Assembly (NCBI GenBank): GCA_951406725.2
Contig: OX597840.1
Coordinates: 38,192,001-38,256,000 of the forward strand
Length of the DNA: 64,000 nucleotides
Source: Octopus vulgaris
Lineage: Eukaryota
Reading direction: 5' to 3'
The position numbers were made by a program, and so were the translations under genes. Position 1 is the first letter of the stretch. Every line of letters begins with the position of its first letter. Below the pieces are notes generated by a model, which searched no databases, was not told the origin of the DNA, and worked only from the letters and a program-made list of their open reading frames with translations. Shown here piece after piece: positions 24,216 to 36,493 of the stretch.

Positions 24216-24747
24216 ATATAAAAATATAAAAATCTCTGACAAAGGATATTTACAACATTTCTAAAAATAACCCAACAATTGCTGCTTCGGCCAGGGTCAA
24301 GATACAGGACTCTTGACCTGTCCAACAAAGCGTGATGCCTAAACCAATCAGCTCAACCAACCAATCAGCTTAAGTAATTGAGTGATACTACACACTGATT
24401 GGTCAGAATACAGTTTGCAAAACCTAGCACTCTGGAGCCTACCCAGCTGTATTTATAGCACAGAATCACTCATCTTGCTACAGTCAAAAATTGTGAAGCA
24501 TGACTGTCAACACTACTACATGAACCCGAAGATTGCAGAATTCAATGCATGAAAGTACTAGTTCAATCAGAATGAATATTTAACATTCTACTATTTCATT
24601 TTATTTTACTCAATTATAATATATTATCTTATAATATATCATTATAAGATTGTAAATAAAACGTGAAAATCAGACAAGGTTGGAATTCTTTTTATTAATA
24701 TATTCTTCTATACACAATCACACACACCCATATATATATATCTATAT
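24216..24747 (+). repeat. 3' pseudo-LTR of PLE
   Basis: Direct copy of 19945-20478, runs into (TA)n. Confidence 0.95.
24521..24565 (+). ncRNA. Minimal type I hammerhead ribozyme (U4C core variant) in 3' pLTR
   Basis: Identical to 20250-20294. Confidence 0.8.
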
Positions 24748-24769
24748 ATATATACATATACATACATTT

Positions 24770-24995
24770 ATTGTTTTATTCTTTTGCTTGTTTCAGTTGT
24801 TTCAGTCATTTGATGGATCACAGCCTTTAGTCGAACAAATCCATCCCAGGACTCATTCTTTCAAATCTATTTCTTATTCGGCTGCTCTCTTTTGTCAATC
24901 TGCTATGTTAAGTAGATGTAAACACACCAACATCGTTTGTTAAGCAATGATGGGGGGACAAACTCAAAGACACACAAATACATGCCCAAACATAC
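24770..24995 (-). mobile_element. SINE family B 3' half (degenerate partial copies also at ~2775-3010, 14215-14365, 58780-58880)
   Basis: cttgtttcagtcatttga..tagtcgaacaaat..aaacacacca.catcg. Confidence 0.7.
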
Positions 24996-24997
24996 AG

Positions 24998-25045
<48 letters not shown>

Positions 25046-25049
<4 letters not shown>

Positions 25050-25252
25050 CAAAATGGGACAAGAACGCGAAACATCCAGACAGACGATACAAAGAAAGCA
25101 AGGACGGGTCATTTGAAGTTTTCTTACCACAATCGCGTTCCGGATCATCTTTGCAATTTCGGCTGGTTATACTCGAGATTGCTCCAATCTGGCCAGTCCC
25201 TATTCTTTGTCACCTAAGTGTCTGGATGTTTTGCGTTCTCATCCCATTTTGC
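25046..25252. mobile_element. Short TA-embedded element with ~33-bp terminal inverted repeats
   Basis: caaaatgggacaagaacgcgaaacatccagaca vs tgtctggatgttttgcgttctcatcccattttg. Confidence 0.65.
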
Positions 25253-25274
25253 ATATATATATATATATATATGT

Positions 25275-25503
25275 ATATCTTTATTGACCACAGGGGGCTA
25301 TAGAGGGGACAAACAAGGAGAGACAAATAGATTAAGTCGATTACATCGACGCCAATGTGTAACTGGTACTTAATTTATCGAGCTCGAATGGATGAAAGGC
25401 AAAGTCGACCGCGGCGGAATTTGAACACAGGACGTAGCAGCAGACGAAATACCGCTAAGCATTTCGCTCGGTGAGCTAACGATTCTGCCAGATCGCCGCC
25501 TTA
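25275..25503 (-). mobile_element. SINE family A monomer
   Basis: Family consensus match including head. Confidence 0.85.
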
Positions 25504-26701
25504 TAATATCATGTATTGATGTGTACAACTTGACTCCTGTTAGAAACAGATTTCTTGATTTCTCGCCTTCATTTGGTGATGAACAGCGATTAACAGTGAA
25601 ATGGTAAATTTTTGTACTTTCCTCACAACATGTGACTCTAATGATGCTTCCATTGGCAATATATTTTTACGATCTTTCTTTAGTTACTTTTACATCATTT
25701 ATGTTTTCACCTGGAAATTTCTTTTAACAGGAATTTCTTGAATTATACCCCACGTTCAATATATATAAGTCTTCACTGGTTTATTTCCATGCTACAGACG
25801 ATTCAAGCATGGCAGTTAAAGTGACATAACGTTACCTGAGTTTATATTTAATCCGTTTAATTATGCTTTCGCCTTTTATGTTTGTCAGTAAAGTTATTCT
25901 TATATCATTTCCATACATTTTAGGTGAAAATCTTCGCTTAAATACATTAACAATATTTAAGGTCTACATTAAATATATATTGGCCAAAATTGATTTATTC
26001 GATGTCGTGTTTTCTTAAGACGATTGAAGTCTCCTATTTAAAGCAATCCGGTATAAAGTTATCTTCCATTTGGTCCGTTTTAATTATGGTTTACTGTTAG
26101 TTTTATATGGTTTTCTGTATATTTTATAGGCTTTCAGGTTACAATGTTTATTGGTTTGTGTGCTTGTAATTTATACATATGTTTACTATTCCAAGTTGAT
26201 TAGTGTTGGACTTATTCCACTTTATATATATTTACAACTTGTTTTGACTATGTTCAATAAATTGTGGTCAATAAACCCAGTTCACGAGTTCGTTTTAATG
26301 GTTCTCCTTTTTACGTTCTATAATTCTTGTGGTCTTCATGTCAGTTTTAATGAGATTCTTCCCGATTCTACGTTTTATGTTAAAGTTATGATTAATTCTA
26401 TTTCTGTATTGGACCGATAAGCAGGTGTAAACAAGATAGACATATTGCCCTAGAATTTAGTACCTGATTCTGTTCTTGTCTATTTATTTCAAGACAGTGT
26501 CTTAATGCAATTAACACCACGGGATTAAGAGGTAAGCCTGCTACCAAAACCATCGTAATTTCCACGTGGCAGTAGAAAATGGTACATGTAGCTTTCAGAT
26601 AATTTGGTTACTAAGGAGGGCGGAAAATTCATAGAATGGCTATGAACGTTATTTACATTATTTGCATTTGACGGATATTTGTCCTCATCTTGTTTGTTGT
26701 T

Positions 26702-26750
26702 AACACACCTTTTCGGCTGATTTACCTCCCCCCAGACTTCATCAGGTGTC
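26702..26750 (-). ncRNA. Degenerate hammerhead, same family as 5464-5509, followed by an inverted partial copy (26756-26787)
   Basis: Minus strand: GACAC|CUGAUGA|agucug..cagcc|GAAA..|GUGUU; the plus strand then reads gaaggctggagggtatatcaaccgaaacgttg. Confidence 0.65.
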
Positions 26751-27691
26751 GTGGGGAAGGCTGGAGGGTATATCAACCGAAACGTTGCTCAATACCACAG
26801 TTTATCTTGTCACTTCTTTGACCTCAACAAGTTGAGCATGTCCCTTAGTGGTTGACGATATGTGCATCCCTGATCATGAGCAGAAGTTGTGCGGGTGCAT
26901 CATAGCCATGTGTTGAGAGGAATTCTTGTGGGTTTGAATATTTTGCCTCTGGAAACATGGGTGTTTTGTTCAAGATCATTGAACAACCCTTATTCAGTGA
27001 CCCTTTGAGAGGATGGGCTACTCAGCCTAACGAAAATTCTGGGCCCCACCTGCAAGGTTATGCACTGTTTATCATGATATGAGACCACTATGTCGTGCAC
27101 ATATGGTTGTGATGCATATGCCTGGTTTACTCTTATCAGATGGGTAGTGATGATTGCTAATATCCAACTATCAGAGGCCTATCCACGAGAAAGTGTGTGA
27201 AGAGAGGTTTAACGTAGGTACAATTTATGAAAATAAAAACCTTCACAATCTATAAAGCTTTTCAACAAGTATAACTCTTACAAGAATTATCATCTCGAAT
27301 GAAGGGTAATCAAAGAATATCATTGTATGGGGTAAAATATACTGCAAAAACCGCCATAAACTAGGAAGCCAAATATGCATAAAACGAATATAATAATACA
27401 CGAAATTAGCTTCATGAAGGATAACTAAGAAAGCACTCGAACATAAAGCACAACATCTTCACCATCTTCAGTTGCCACACTGATATCATTATGCTTTTGA
27501 CACCTCAGCAATACCGTTGGATACGATTGTGTCAAAAACATTAAAAATAATCTCTACTGGGAATTGATAGACACGAAGCAGGGTCTAAATATTTGCACAA
27601 CATTTCCATTAGGTCTACACCTACTTACCGTTACAAAACGCATATATCCAAATCTTGGTAATTTCATCTCATTACATTTCCGTGCAACCTC

Positions 27692-27776
<85 letters not shown>

Positions 27777-28329
27777 GCGTGTTTGTTTAATTTGGAAGAT
27801 CGAGATGAATGGGAAAAACGTGTGGAAACAGTTTTGTGGCCTCCAGAGGGACGACCTAGATAGATGGAAAGATTAAGCTGATATTTTACTAATAGTAGTT
27901 TTGAAGGTTAATCTCATATCTGTTTTGAATTCTACGCAAATTTTAAAATCCTTTTAGCATTAAGATTATAATGCGTTTTAAAGAATACCTAACGCTATTT
28001 ATTTTGAAGCAAATCGAACAAATGAATTATATATTCTTTAAATTGAGAACTCAATCTTAATATAATTTTAAGACGGAGCTGCCTTGAAATAATAGGTTAC
28101 AGACTTGGAGTTTTGAATTGTAGGTAAATTATGCAACAGAGGCATCCACATACTATTGGTCCATACAACAAGGCTAGCGATGATAAAAGGGAAATTATTA
28201 AGTGGTAAGTGGTGAAATAGAAATAGGTCACGTGCCTATGAAACGAACGTCATTATCATTCGTCTGGGAAGAATTTATATCTGTGTATGAGTCTCTCTTT
28301 ACACACACACACACATATATATATATATA

Positions 28330-28374
<45 letters not shown>

Positions 28375-28376
<2 letters not shown>

Positions 28377-28640
28377 GGAAAGTTTACGGAAATGAACAAA
28401 AGATGAAGGCAGGTGGTGTACAAACAATCATACGTATTAGTATAGCACTCAGGAATATATATATATATATATATATATATGTTGATTCGCTAGCCTCTGC
28501 ACGCATTTTTTTCTTTCCTTGTTTCTTTCTGTGTTTCTTTCTGTGTATCTTTCTGTTGAAGAGGGTAGGCTCGAAACGTAAGAGGCGCCATACTAATACA
28601 ATTGTTGGTTTGTATTCCACCTGCCTTCGTCTTTTGTTTA
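28375..28640. mobile_element. Family Y TA-embedded element in inverted arrangement; other copies at 40015-40105 and 43615-43805
   Basis: caaaagacgaagacaggtggtgta..tattagtatagcgctc motif shared by all copies; inverted at 28582-28640. Confidence 0.75.
28549..28584 (+). ncRNA. Degenerate very small hammerhead (family Y)
   Basis: cuuu|CUGUUGA-a|gagg-guag-gcuc|GAAACGUA|agag; homologous to 43709-43744. Confidence 0.5.
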
Positions 28641-28658
28641 TTTTCATAAAGTTTCTCG

Positions 28659-28728
<70 letters not shown>

Positions 28729-29679
28729 TACGTATATGTGGAGGCGCAATTGAATCTTTAATGTGATAACATCTACTTCCTTGCGAGAAAGTAAACTTTC
28801 ATTTAATCCAGATATCATTGACATGAAGAGTATACACTTCGATGGATGTTTACCTCTACCGAGGTAGGTTCCATTCGGAATAAGGCATATGTAGCTCGGA
28901 TCTTATTTACTCCATTCTGTAACGCTTTTATTCTTAGTCACAGACCCGGCAACCTTGGTTGCCTAACGTGAAATATGAAATGAAGTTTATTTCAGTCTTT
29001 CGTACTTCGGTACAAAAAATTCTACAAGATTCCGTCTCAGTAAGCCATTAGTTTCATTGACAGTTTTTTAATATTACTACGAATTGCTTGAAGCTAACGT
29101 TCTTCCTACACCTCGAACCCTGGATCATACATTATAGATGGATATATATATAGGTAGATATAGATATATCTACCTATTTTGTTTTGGTGTCTCGCTATGC
29201 CACATACGACTATGAGGATTTACCTTCCTAATGTAATTCGTTTTTTATCCAAACTTCTTCTCAAACCTTCTATAATGTAATACATGTCTTTGGTGTGGTA
29301 ATTGTACGCGGTTGAAGAAGGCTGTTGACCTACATGTTATATCAATTATGCATTGATATAAATTGCTCAATAAAGCCAGAAGCATATGTACCGCAAACTC
29401 CTTTGCATCCTGTTTTTTCTTTTGGTAAATATATAGGTATATAGATAGACAGAGAGATAGATAGAGATATACAGGTATATATATGTAGATAGATAGAGAT
29501 AGATAGATAGATAGATAGATGGATGGATGGATGGATGGATGGATGGATGGATGGATGGATGGATGGATGGATGGATGGATAGATAGACAGACAGACAGAC
29601 AGAGAAGTATATGGTTATGTCTTATCCGTCAATATTCCAGAGTGTATCAGTATTTCTGTGTGTGTCTGTCTGTCTAAGT

Positions 29680-29726
<47 letters not shown>

Positions 29727-29884
29727 GCATAAGTATGTGGATATAAATAAATGGCATATGCCCATATTATGCAAAGTGTACAAATATATATACATATATA
29801 GCATATATATACATACACACATACATATATTCACACACACACATATGTAAATAATAACGATGACAAAGATATCGATAATGATAA

Positions 29885-29951
<67 letters not shown>

Positions 29952-30333
29952 GTAATAATAATAATAATAATAATGGTGAAGATGACGACGATGATGGTGG
30001 GGATAATCGCATTAAACAGTTCTCTAGAGACGTTAAGCTCTATGGTGAATGCGCGTGACTATTGTATATCTTTGAGATCTCTTCAAATGCCGCTGGACCA
30101 CAATGCGGAACGATAATAATCTTCTCGCAAAAAGCTACGGAAAAATTATAGGTTAACTGAAAATATATCATCAATGGATTTCACCTATATTCTCAGGAAT
30201 CACGTTTTTGTATTTATTGTCGTAAAATCTATCCACGCTGAGTGTTTTTAGCAAATATTTCTAGCATCACCCTAAAATATATATAGCGTGGTAAAGCCAC
30301 GTGTATTTTTCTTTCAAGTTTAGAGGAAGGAAT

Positions 30334-31270
30334 AAGGCGGTGAGCTGGCAGAACCGTTAGCACGTCGGGCGAAATGCGTAGCCACATTTTTCGTCTGCCG
30401 CTACGTTCTGAGTTCAAATTCCACCGAGGTCGATTTTGCCGTTCATTTTTTCGGGGTCGACCAATTAAGTACTAGTTACGCACTGGGGTCTATGTAATCG
30501 ACTTAGTCCGTTTGTGTCTCCTTGTTTGTCCCCTCTATGTTTAGCCCCTTGTTGGTAATAAAGGAACCGATAATAATTTTCTCGCAAAAAGCTAGGGAAA
30601 AAATTATAGGTTAACTCAGAACGTAAAGAGAGACGAAATACGCTAAGCATTTCGCCCGGCGTGCTAACTTTTCTTATTTCGTTATTGCCTACAAAGGGCT
30701 AAAATTAGAGGGGACAAACGAGGACAGACAAAGGGTTAAGTCAATTACATCGAACCCAGTACGTAACTGGTACTAAATTTATCGACATCGAAAGGATGAA
30801 AGCCAAAGTCGACCTCGGTGGAATTTGAACTCACAACGTAAAGACAGATGAAATACTTATTTCTTTACTACCCACAAGGGGCTAAACACAGAGAGAACAA
30901 ACAAGGACAGACAAACGGATTAAGTCGTTTACATCGACACCAGAAACTGGTACTTTATTTAATCAGCCACGAAAGGATGAAAGGCAAAGTCGATCTCGGC
31001 GGAATTTGATCTCAGAACGTAGCGGCAAACGAAATACCTATTTTTACTACCCACAAGGGGTTAAACACAGAGGGGACAAACAAGGACAGACACACGAATT
31101 AAGTCGATTACATCGACTCCAATGCGTAACTGGTACTTAATTTATCTACCCCGAAAGGATGAAAGGCAAAGTCGATCTCGGCGGAATTTGAACTCAGAAC
31201 GTAACGGCAGACGAAATACAGCTAAGCATTTCGCCCGGCGTGCTAACGTTTCTGCGAGCTCGCCACCTTA
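30334..31270. mobile_element. SINE family A: plus monomer (30334-30563) and minus tandem array (30614-31270)
   Basis: Family consensus match. Confidence 0.85.
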
Positions 31271-32052
31271 GTTGTACCTAAATAACGATATTCCTTCCAT
31301 ACAACACAAACGCTTATTCAAATTTAAAAGTTTCTTTATTTGATATATTTAAATATTTGCTTAATCCTAGACTCAACTAACATTCCACTGTTAATACGAG
31401 TTATTTAATTATTGTAAAATCTAACTATTTCCTTTTCAACCATCAATTTATTAAGCTTCGTTAATTGCTTCAGTTTTCAGTGTAGTTAACTTTATTACAT
31501 ATTCCTCCATTTCTAATTGAACAAGTTTAGATTCCAAACAACTGATACAGACAAGACAAGACTCATTTTATTTCATTTTCGATTTATTTTAATCCAATTT
31601 AATTTCGTCCTGTAATAATTTCTACGAATTTATATCGCACTATATTCATTTCGTAAACCTACTTAATTTGCCAACGTATTTTTTCCATCAACGCATATTT
31701 AATTAGTACATTTTTGGTACATATACCAAAACTTGCTCAATGATGATAAATCGTTTAAAGAAAAACATACATAACAAATATTGCAAGTTGTTATTACTTA
31801 AAATGTGACTTTTATACAAAATTCTTGGCTAAACTATGTATCAGACTCGTTTACAGAAAAATCAAGAGCCATCTCCCGACTCTATCTTCGTCGTCGTCGT
31901 TGTTATCCTCATCTTATTTCACCTACTTTTCGATAAATGTATTAAATATTCCTCAGTCTCTCTCACACATTAATGTTTGGTGTTTTTTTTTATAAAATAT
32001 AATAATAGAGAATTACATTAAATTACAGGAGTGTTCAGTATAATGCTCGACG

Positions 32053-32096
32053 ATGATAATAATAATAATAATAACAAGAAGAAGAAGAAGAATGAT

Positions 32097-32155
<59 letters not shown>

Positions 32156-32174
32156 TAAGAAGAAGAAGAATGAG

Positions 32175-32218
<44 letters not shown>

Positions 32219-32286
32219 TAATAATAATAACAAGAAGAAGAAGAAGAAGAAGAATGATGTTAATAATGATAATAATAATAATAATG

Positions 32287-32329
<43 letters not shown>

Positions 32330-32348
32330 TAAGAAGAAGAAGAATGAG

Positions 32349-32404
<56 letters not shown>

Positions 32405-32406
32405 TA

Positions 32407-32441
<35 letters not shown>

Positions 32442-32443
32442 AA

Positions 32444-32488
<45 letters not shown>

Positions 32489-32507
32489 GAAGAAGAAGAA
32501 GAATGAT

Positions 32508-32542
<35 letters not shown>

Positions 32543-32586
32543 GAAGAAGAAGAAGAATGATGTTAATAATAATACTAATGATAATG

Positions 32587-32642
<56 letters not shown>

Positions 32643-32663
32643 GATAAGAAGAAGAAGAATGAT

Positions 32664-32698
<35 letters not shown>

Positions 32699-32703
32699 GA
32701 ATG

Positions 32704-32767
<64 letters not shown>

Positions 32768-32940
32768 TAAGAAGAAGAAGAATGATGATGATAATAGTAA
32801 TAATGACAATAATAGCAAGAAGAAGAAGGATGATAATAACAATAATAATAATAATAATAATAATAATGATAGTAATAATACTACTAATAATAGTAATAAT
32901 AATAATTATTATTATGATATGGAGAAGACTGATGATGATG

Positions 32941-33011
<71 letters not shown>

Positions 33012-33012
33012 T
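32053..33012. repeat. Compound (AAT)n/(AAG)n higher-order microsatellite
   Basis: Unit (aat)n-aac-(aag)4-7-aatgatgtt repeated about 10 times. Confidence 0.9.
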
Positions 33013-33262
33013 ATAATTCCTATCATAGTAGGTGCATTAGGCATGATAAAAAAATATTCAGACAAATACATAACAAAAACACCAGGACTTACAAACACAT
33101 ATAACATACAGACAATTGCACTACTAGGCAATGCACACATCCTACGCAGAACACTTTCCATACAATAACCATCAAAGCATCACAACAAATCACAGCACAT
33201 ACCCAAGGCACACACAGATGCGCTCGGTAGTGAAGTGAAAGCAAGCTATAAAAATAAAACTA

Positions 33263-33268
<6 letters not shown>
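33012..33268 (+). mobile_element. 5'-truncated R4/Dong-clade non-LTR retrotransposon in (TAA)n
   Basis: IIPIIVGALGMI..IQTIALLGNAHILRRTLS* is a typical RLE C-terminus; short 3' UTR; (AAT)n on both sides, the known Dong-type target. Confidence 0.85.
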
Positions 33269-33318
<50 letters not shown>

Positions 33319-33356
33319 GGAGAAGACTGATGATAATAATAATAATAATAATAATG

Positions 33357-33401
<45 letters not shown>

Positions 33402-33511
33402 GTAGTAGTAGTAATAATATTAATGATGATGATGATAATAATAAGAAGAAAAAGAAGAAGAAGAAGAAGAAGAAGAGGAGAAGAAGAAGAGCAACAACAA
33501 CAAAAACAATA

Positions 33512-33545
<34 letters not shown>

Positions 33546-33686
33546 CGTGTGTTAGTGTGTGTATATGTCTAGTTGTAACTTTACAAAGAAAAACACAAAT
33601 TTACAGAGTCGTAATTAAATTGCGAATGAAATATCTGATAAGATAGAGATGCATTTAATACATATCAAAAACATTCCAAATCTGAA

Positions 33687-35274
33687 AGTGACTCGATATC
33701 TTCATTGTAAGAGGTTTAATCAAATAATGTTAAATCGAGATTCAAATCTTCAGAAATAGCATTAATTTCAAAGAGTAAATAATTGAAAATGCCAAAGCCG
33801 GAGAACATGTGATAATTCTTCTATTGTAATTTTGGGCGGTTCCGAAATCCAAGATAACTGACATAATTAGCAGAGATAACCATGTATGAAGGAAACAATC
33901 TAATCCGCTGTATTGTTCCAGAATCTCTGGTCTTGAGACAGTCTTAGCAATCAATATTGTTCAGCTGATTCTTCTAATTTCAGTTGTGTGTTAAGCAGTG
34001 AGCTGGCAGAATCGATGCCACACTTGCAGAAATGCTGAGCGGCACTTGGGCCAGAATTATTATTTCTTTTATTGCCCACAAGGGGCTAAACATAGAGGGG
34101 GGACATACAAGGACAGACACACGGATTAAGTCGATTCTATCAACCCCAGTGCGTAACTGGTACTTATTTAATCGACCCGAAGGGATGAAGGTCGAAGCCA
34201 ACCTCGGTGGAATTTGAACTCAGAACGTAGCGTCAGACAAAATTCCTGTTTCTTTATTACCCACAAGGTTTTAAACATAGAGGGGACAAACAAGGGCAGA
34301 CAAACGGATTAAGTCGATTCTATCAACCCCAGTGCGTAACTGGTACTTATTTAATCGACCCGAAGGGATGAAGGTCGAAGCCAACCTCGGTGGAATTTGA
34401 ACTTAGAACGTAGCGGCAGACAAAATTCCTGTTTCTTTATTACCCACAAGGTTTTAAACATAGAGGGGACAAACAAGGGCAGACAAACGGATTAAGTCGA
34501 TTACATCGATCCCAGTGCGTAAATGGTACTTAATTTATCGACCCCGAAATGATGAAAGGCAAAGTCGACCTCGGCGGAAATTAAACTCAGAACGTAACGG
34601 CAGACGAAATACCTATTTCTTTACTACCCACAAGGGGCTAAACAGAGGGGACAGACAAGAACAGACAAACGGATTAAGTCGAGGTCGATAAATTAAGTAC
34701 CAGTTACACACTGGTGCGTAACTGGTACTTAATCTATCGACCTCGAAAGGATGAAAGGCAAAGTCGATCTCGGCGGAATTTGAACTCAGAACGTAACGGC
34801 AGACGAAATACCGCTAAGCATTTCGCCCGGCGTGTTAAAGATTCTGCCAGCTCGTCACCTTCTTGTGCCAGAATTTAAAACGAAAACTGTGCATCTGATT
34901 CTCCTTATTTCACTAGATTCATGGCTGCGATCTGAGAGAATCGTTAACAAACCCGAGGCAAATTCTCACCGGTATTTTATCCATCTTTATGTACAGTGTT
35001 CGAATTCCGCCGTGGTTGACTTCGCATTTCAATTTTCCAGAGTCGATAATAAAAAGGCATGTATGCTTCCTTCATACATGGTTATCTCTGCTAATTATGT
35101 CAGTTATCTTGGATTTCGGCACCGCCCAAAATTACAATAGAAGAATTATCACATGTTCTCTCGCTTTGGCATTTTCAATTATTTGCACTTTGAAATTAAT
35201 GCTATTTCTGAAGATTTGAATCTAGATTTAACATTATTTGATTAAAACTGTTACAATGAAGATATCGAGTCACT
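33687..35274. repeat. 208-bp inverted repeat pair (33687-33894 and 35067-35274) enclosing a SINE array
   Basis: Near-identical reverse complements; both arms translate FLHTWLSLLIMSVILDFGTAQNYNRR on opposite strands in the ORF track. Confidence 0.9.
33992..34862 (-). mobile_element. SINE family A tandem array (about 4.5 units), preceded by a plus-strand head fragment
   Basis: Repeated units; adjacent units share private variants (aagggatgaaggtcgaagccaacc). Confidence 0.85.
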
Positions 35275-35312
35275 CTTAGAGAGTCAGGGGTCAGTGTGCC
35301 TATATCGAAAAG

Positions 35313-35655
35313 GGATATTTTCGGTTTGAACAGCAGGGTTACTGTTAGCTAGGGTTAGGGGTGGGGGAAGGGTATCTTTTTTCTTCACAAATGTAATTAA
35401 ACCCAATCTGTTTCTTAAAGGAGGGTCACATTCATACGGCACAGAATGCTTTTTAACTCAATAGACGTCACTGATTGGTTGAAATTGCAGAAATTGAAGA
35501 AAAATACAACAAATATCTTACAAACTATAGAATTTTCTCAATAAAGCCAAGAGAAAAAGATGTTTTATAAACACATTCTACCAGTATACGAAGTTTAAAA
35601 TTTTTTAGTTACCTAGAAATCATGTTAAAAACTGCCGTTCAAACCGAAAAGAACC
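35313..35655. mobile_element. MITE with GG-terminal TIRs and 8-bp TSD (Merlin-like)
   Basis: ggatattttcggtttgaacagcag vs ctgccgttcaaaccgaaaagaacc; TSD tcgaaaag at 35305-35312 and 35656-35663. Confidence 0.8.
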
Positions 35656-36252
35656 TCGAAAAGTGGTTTCTTCAGTAGAGTTAGTTTGGTTGCGTGATAT
35701 CTCTACAAAAGCAGGATCTCCCTATGCCTTGTGTACCTGTACTGTTTTACTTGTATTTTTATTTTTCTCTTTACCATTATTTTTATTTCATCATTGTTGC
35801 AGTCAAAATGACTGAAACAAATAAAATAATAGAAGAATATATACCTACAATCAAACACCCATCACGCATTATTTCGAGGAATTTTAGAATAAAATGTAGA
35901 ACGCTGAAGAATACCAATAACAATGTGGCGTTAATACGAATTTTACTGTCGACACGATTGCCAATCAATATTCACAAAATACATATAATAAGTTATACTT
36001 CTGTGAAATACGAAGTGTGTATTTGCAATTCGTGACTGACGGATCCGTTAACATATCTGCTTAAATTATATTTGAACTGTAAGTTCCTTAATTTGCTTCC
36101 GGCAAAAGAAAGAAGATTGTGACATTGAAATGCACTCAGTTACCACAAACAGAATCGTCAAAGTCTATTCGTATAATACGTTTTGTTCTAATAAGTTTGC
36201 CTCGAGTTGTTTGTGATTCAGCTACTCTCATAATATTATATATGTATACATA

Positions 36253-36291
<39 letters not shown>

Positions 36292-36493
36292 ATATGTATA
36301 TATGAGTGTGTATATATATATAGGAAAATGTATAAATGTATATATATGTATATATATATATATTATATTAAATTAGAGATAAAACCACTATTAGGCAAAT
36401 CATACAATGAAAAACTCAAGCCAATGCATAGGATTAATTAATTTATATTATTTTAAATATATATCAAAATTATTAAAAAAAGAGAATGAGTAT

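Larger units (their letters stand above)
19945..24747 (+). mobile_element. Penelope-like retroelement (Neptune-type), apparently full-length, with direct pseudo-LTRs, inserted in (TA)n
   Basis: RT + GIY-YIG ORF; ~530-bp direct repeats at 19945-20478 and 24216-24747 (offset 4271); (TA)n on both flanks; hammerhead motif in each repeat. Confidence 0.95.

Noticed and set aside
19945-24747. LTR retrotransposon interpretation
   Set aside because: No TG..CA ends, protease, RNase H or integrase; the RT and GIY-YIG are PLE-type
27250-27300. Hammerhead-like GAAA-AGCU-UU on minus strand
   Set aside because: Core and stem I cannot be formed convincingly
32013-33168. 357-382 aa ORFs in several frames
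   Set aside because: Trinucleotide array; only the last ~50 codons (R4/Dong C-terminus) are real coding remnant
33992-34862. CRISPR-like or satellite array
   Set aside because: Units are whole SINE bodies with no unique spacers
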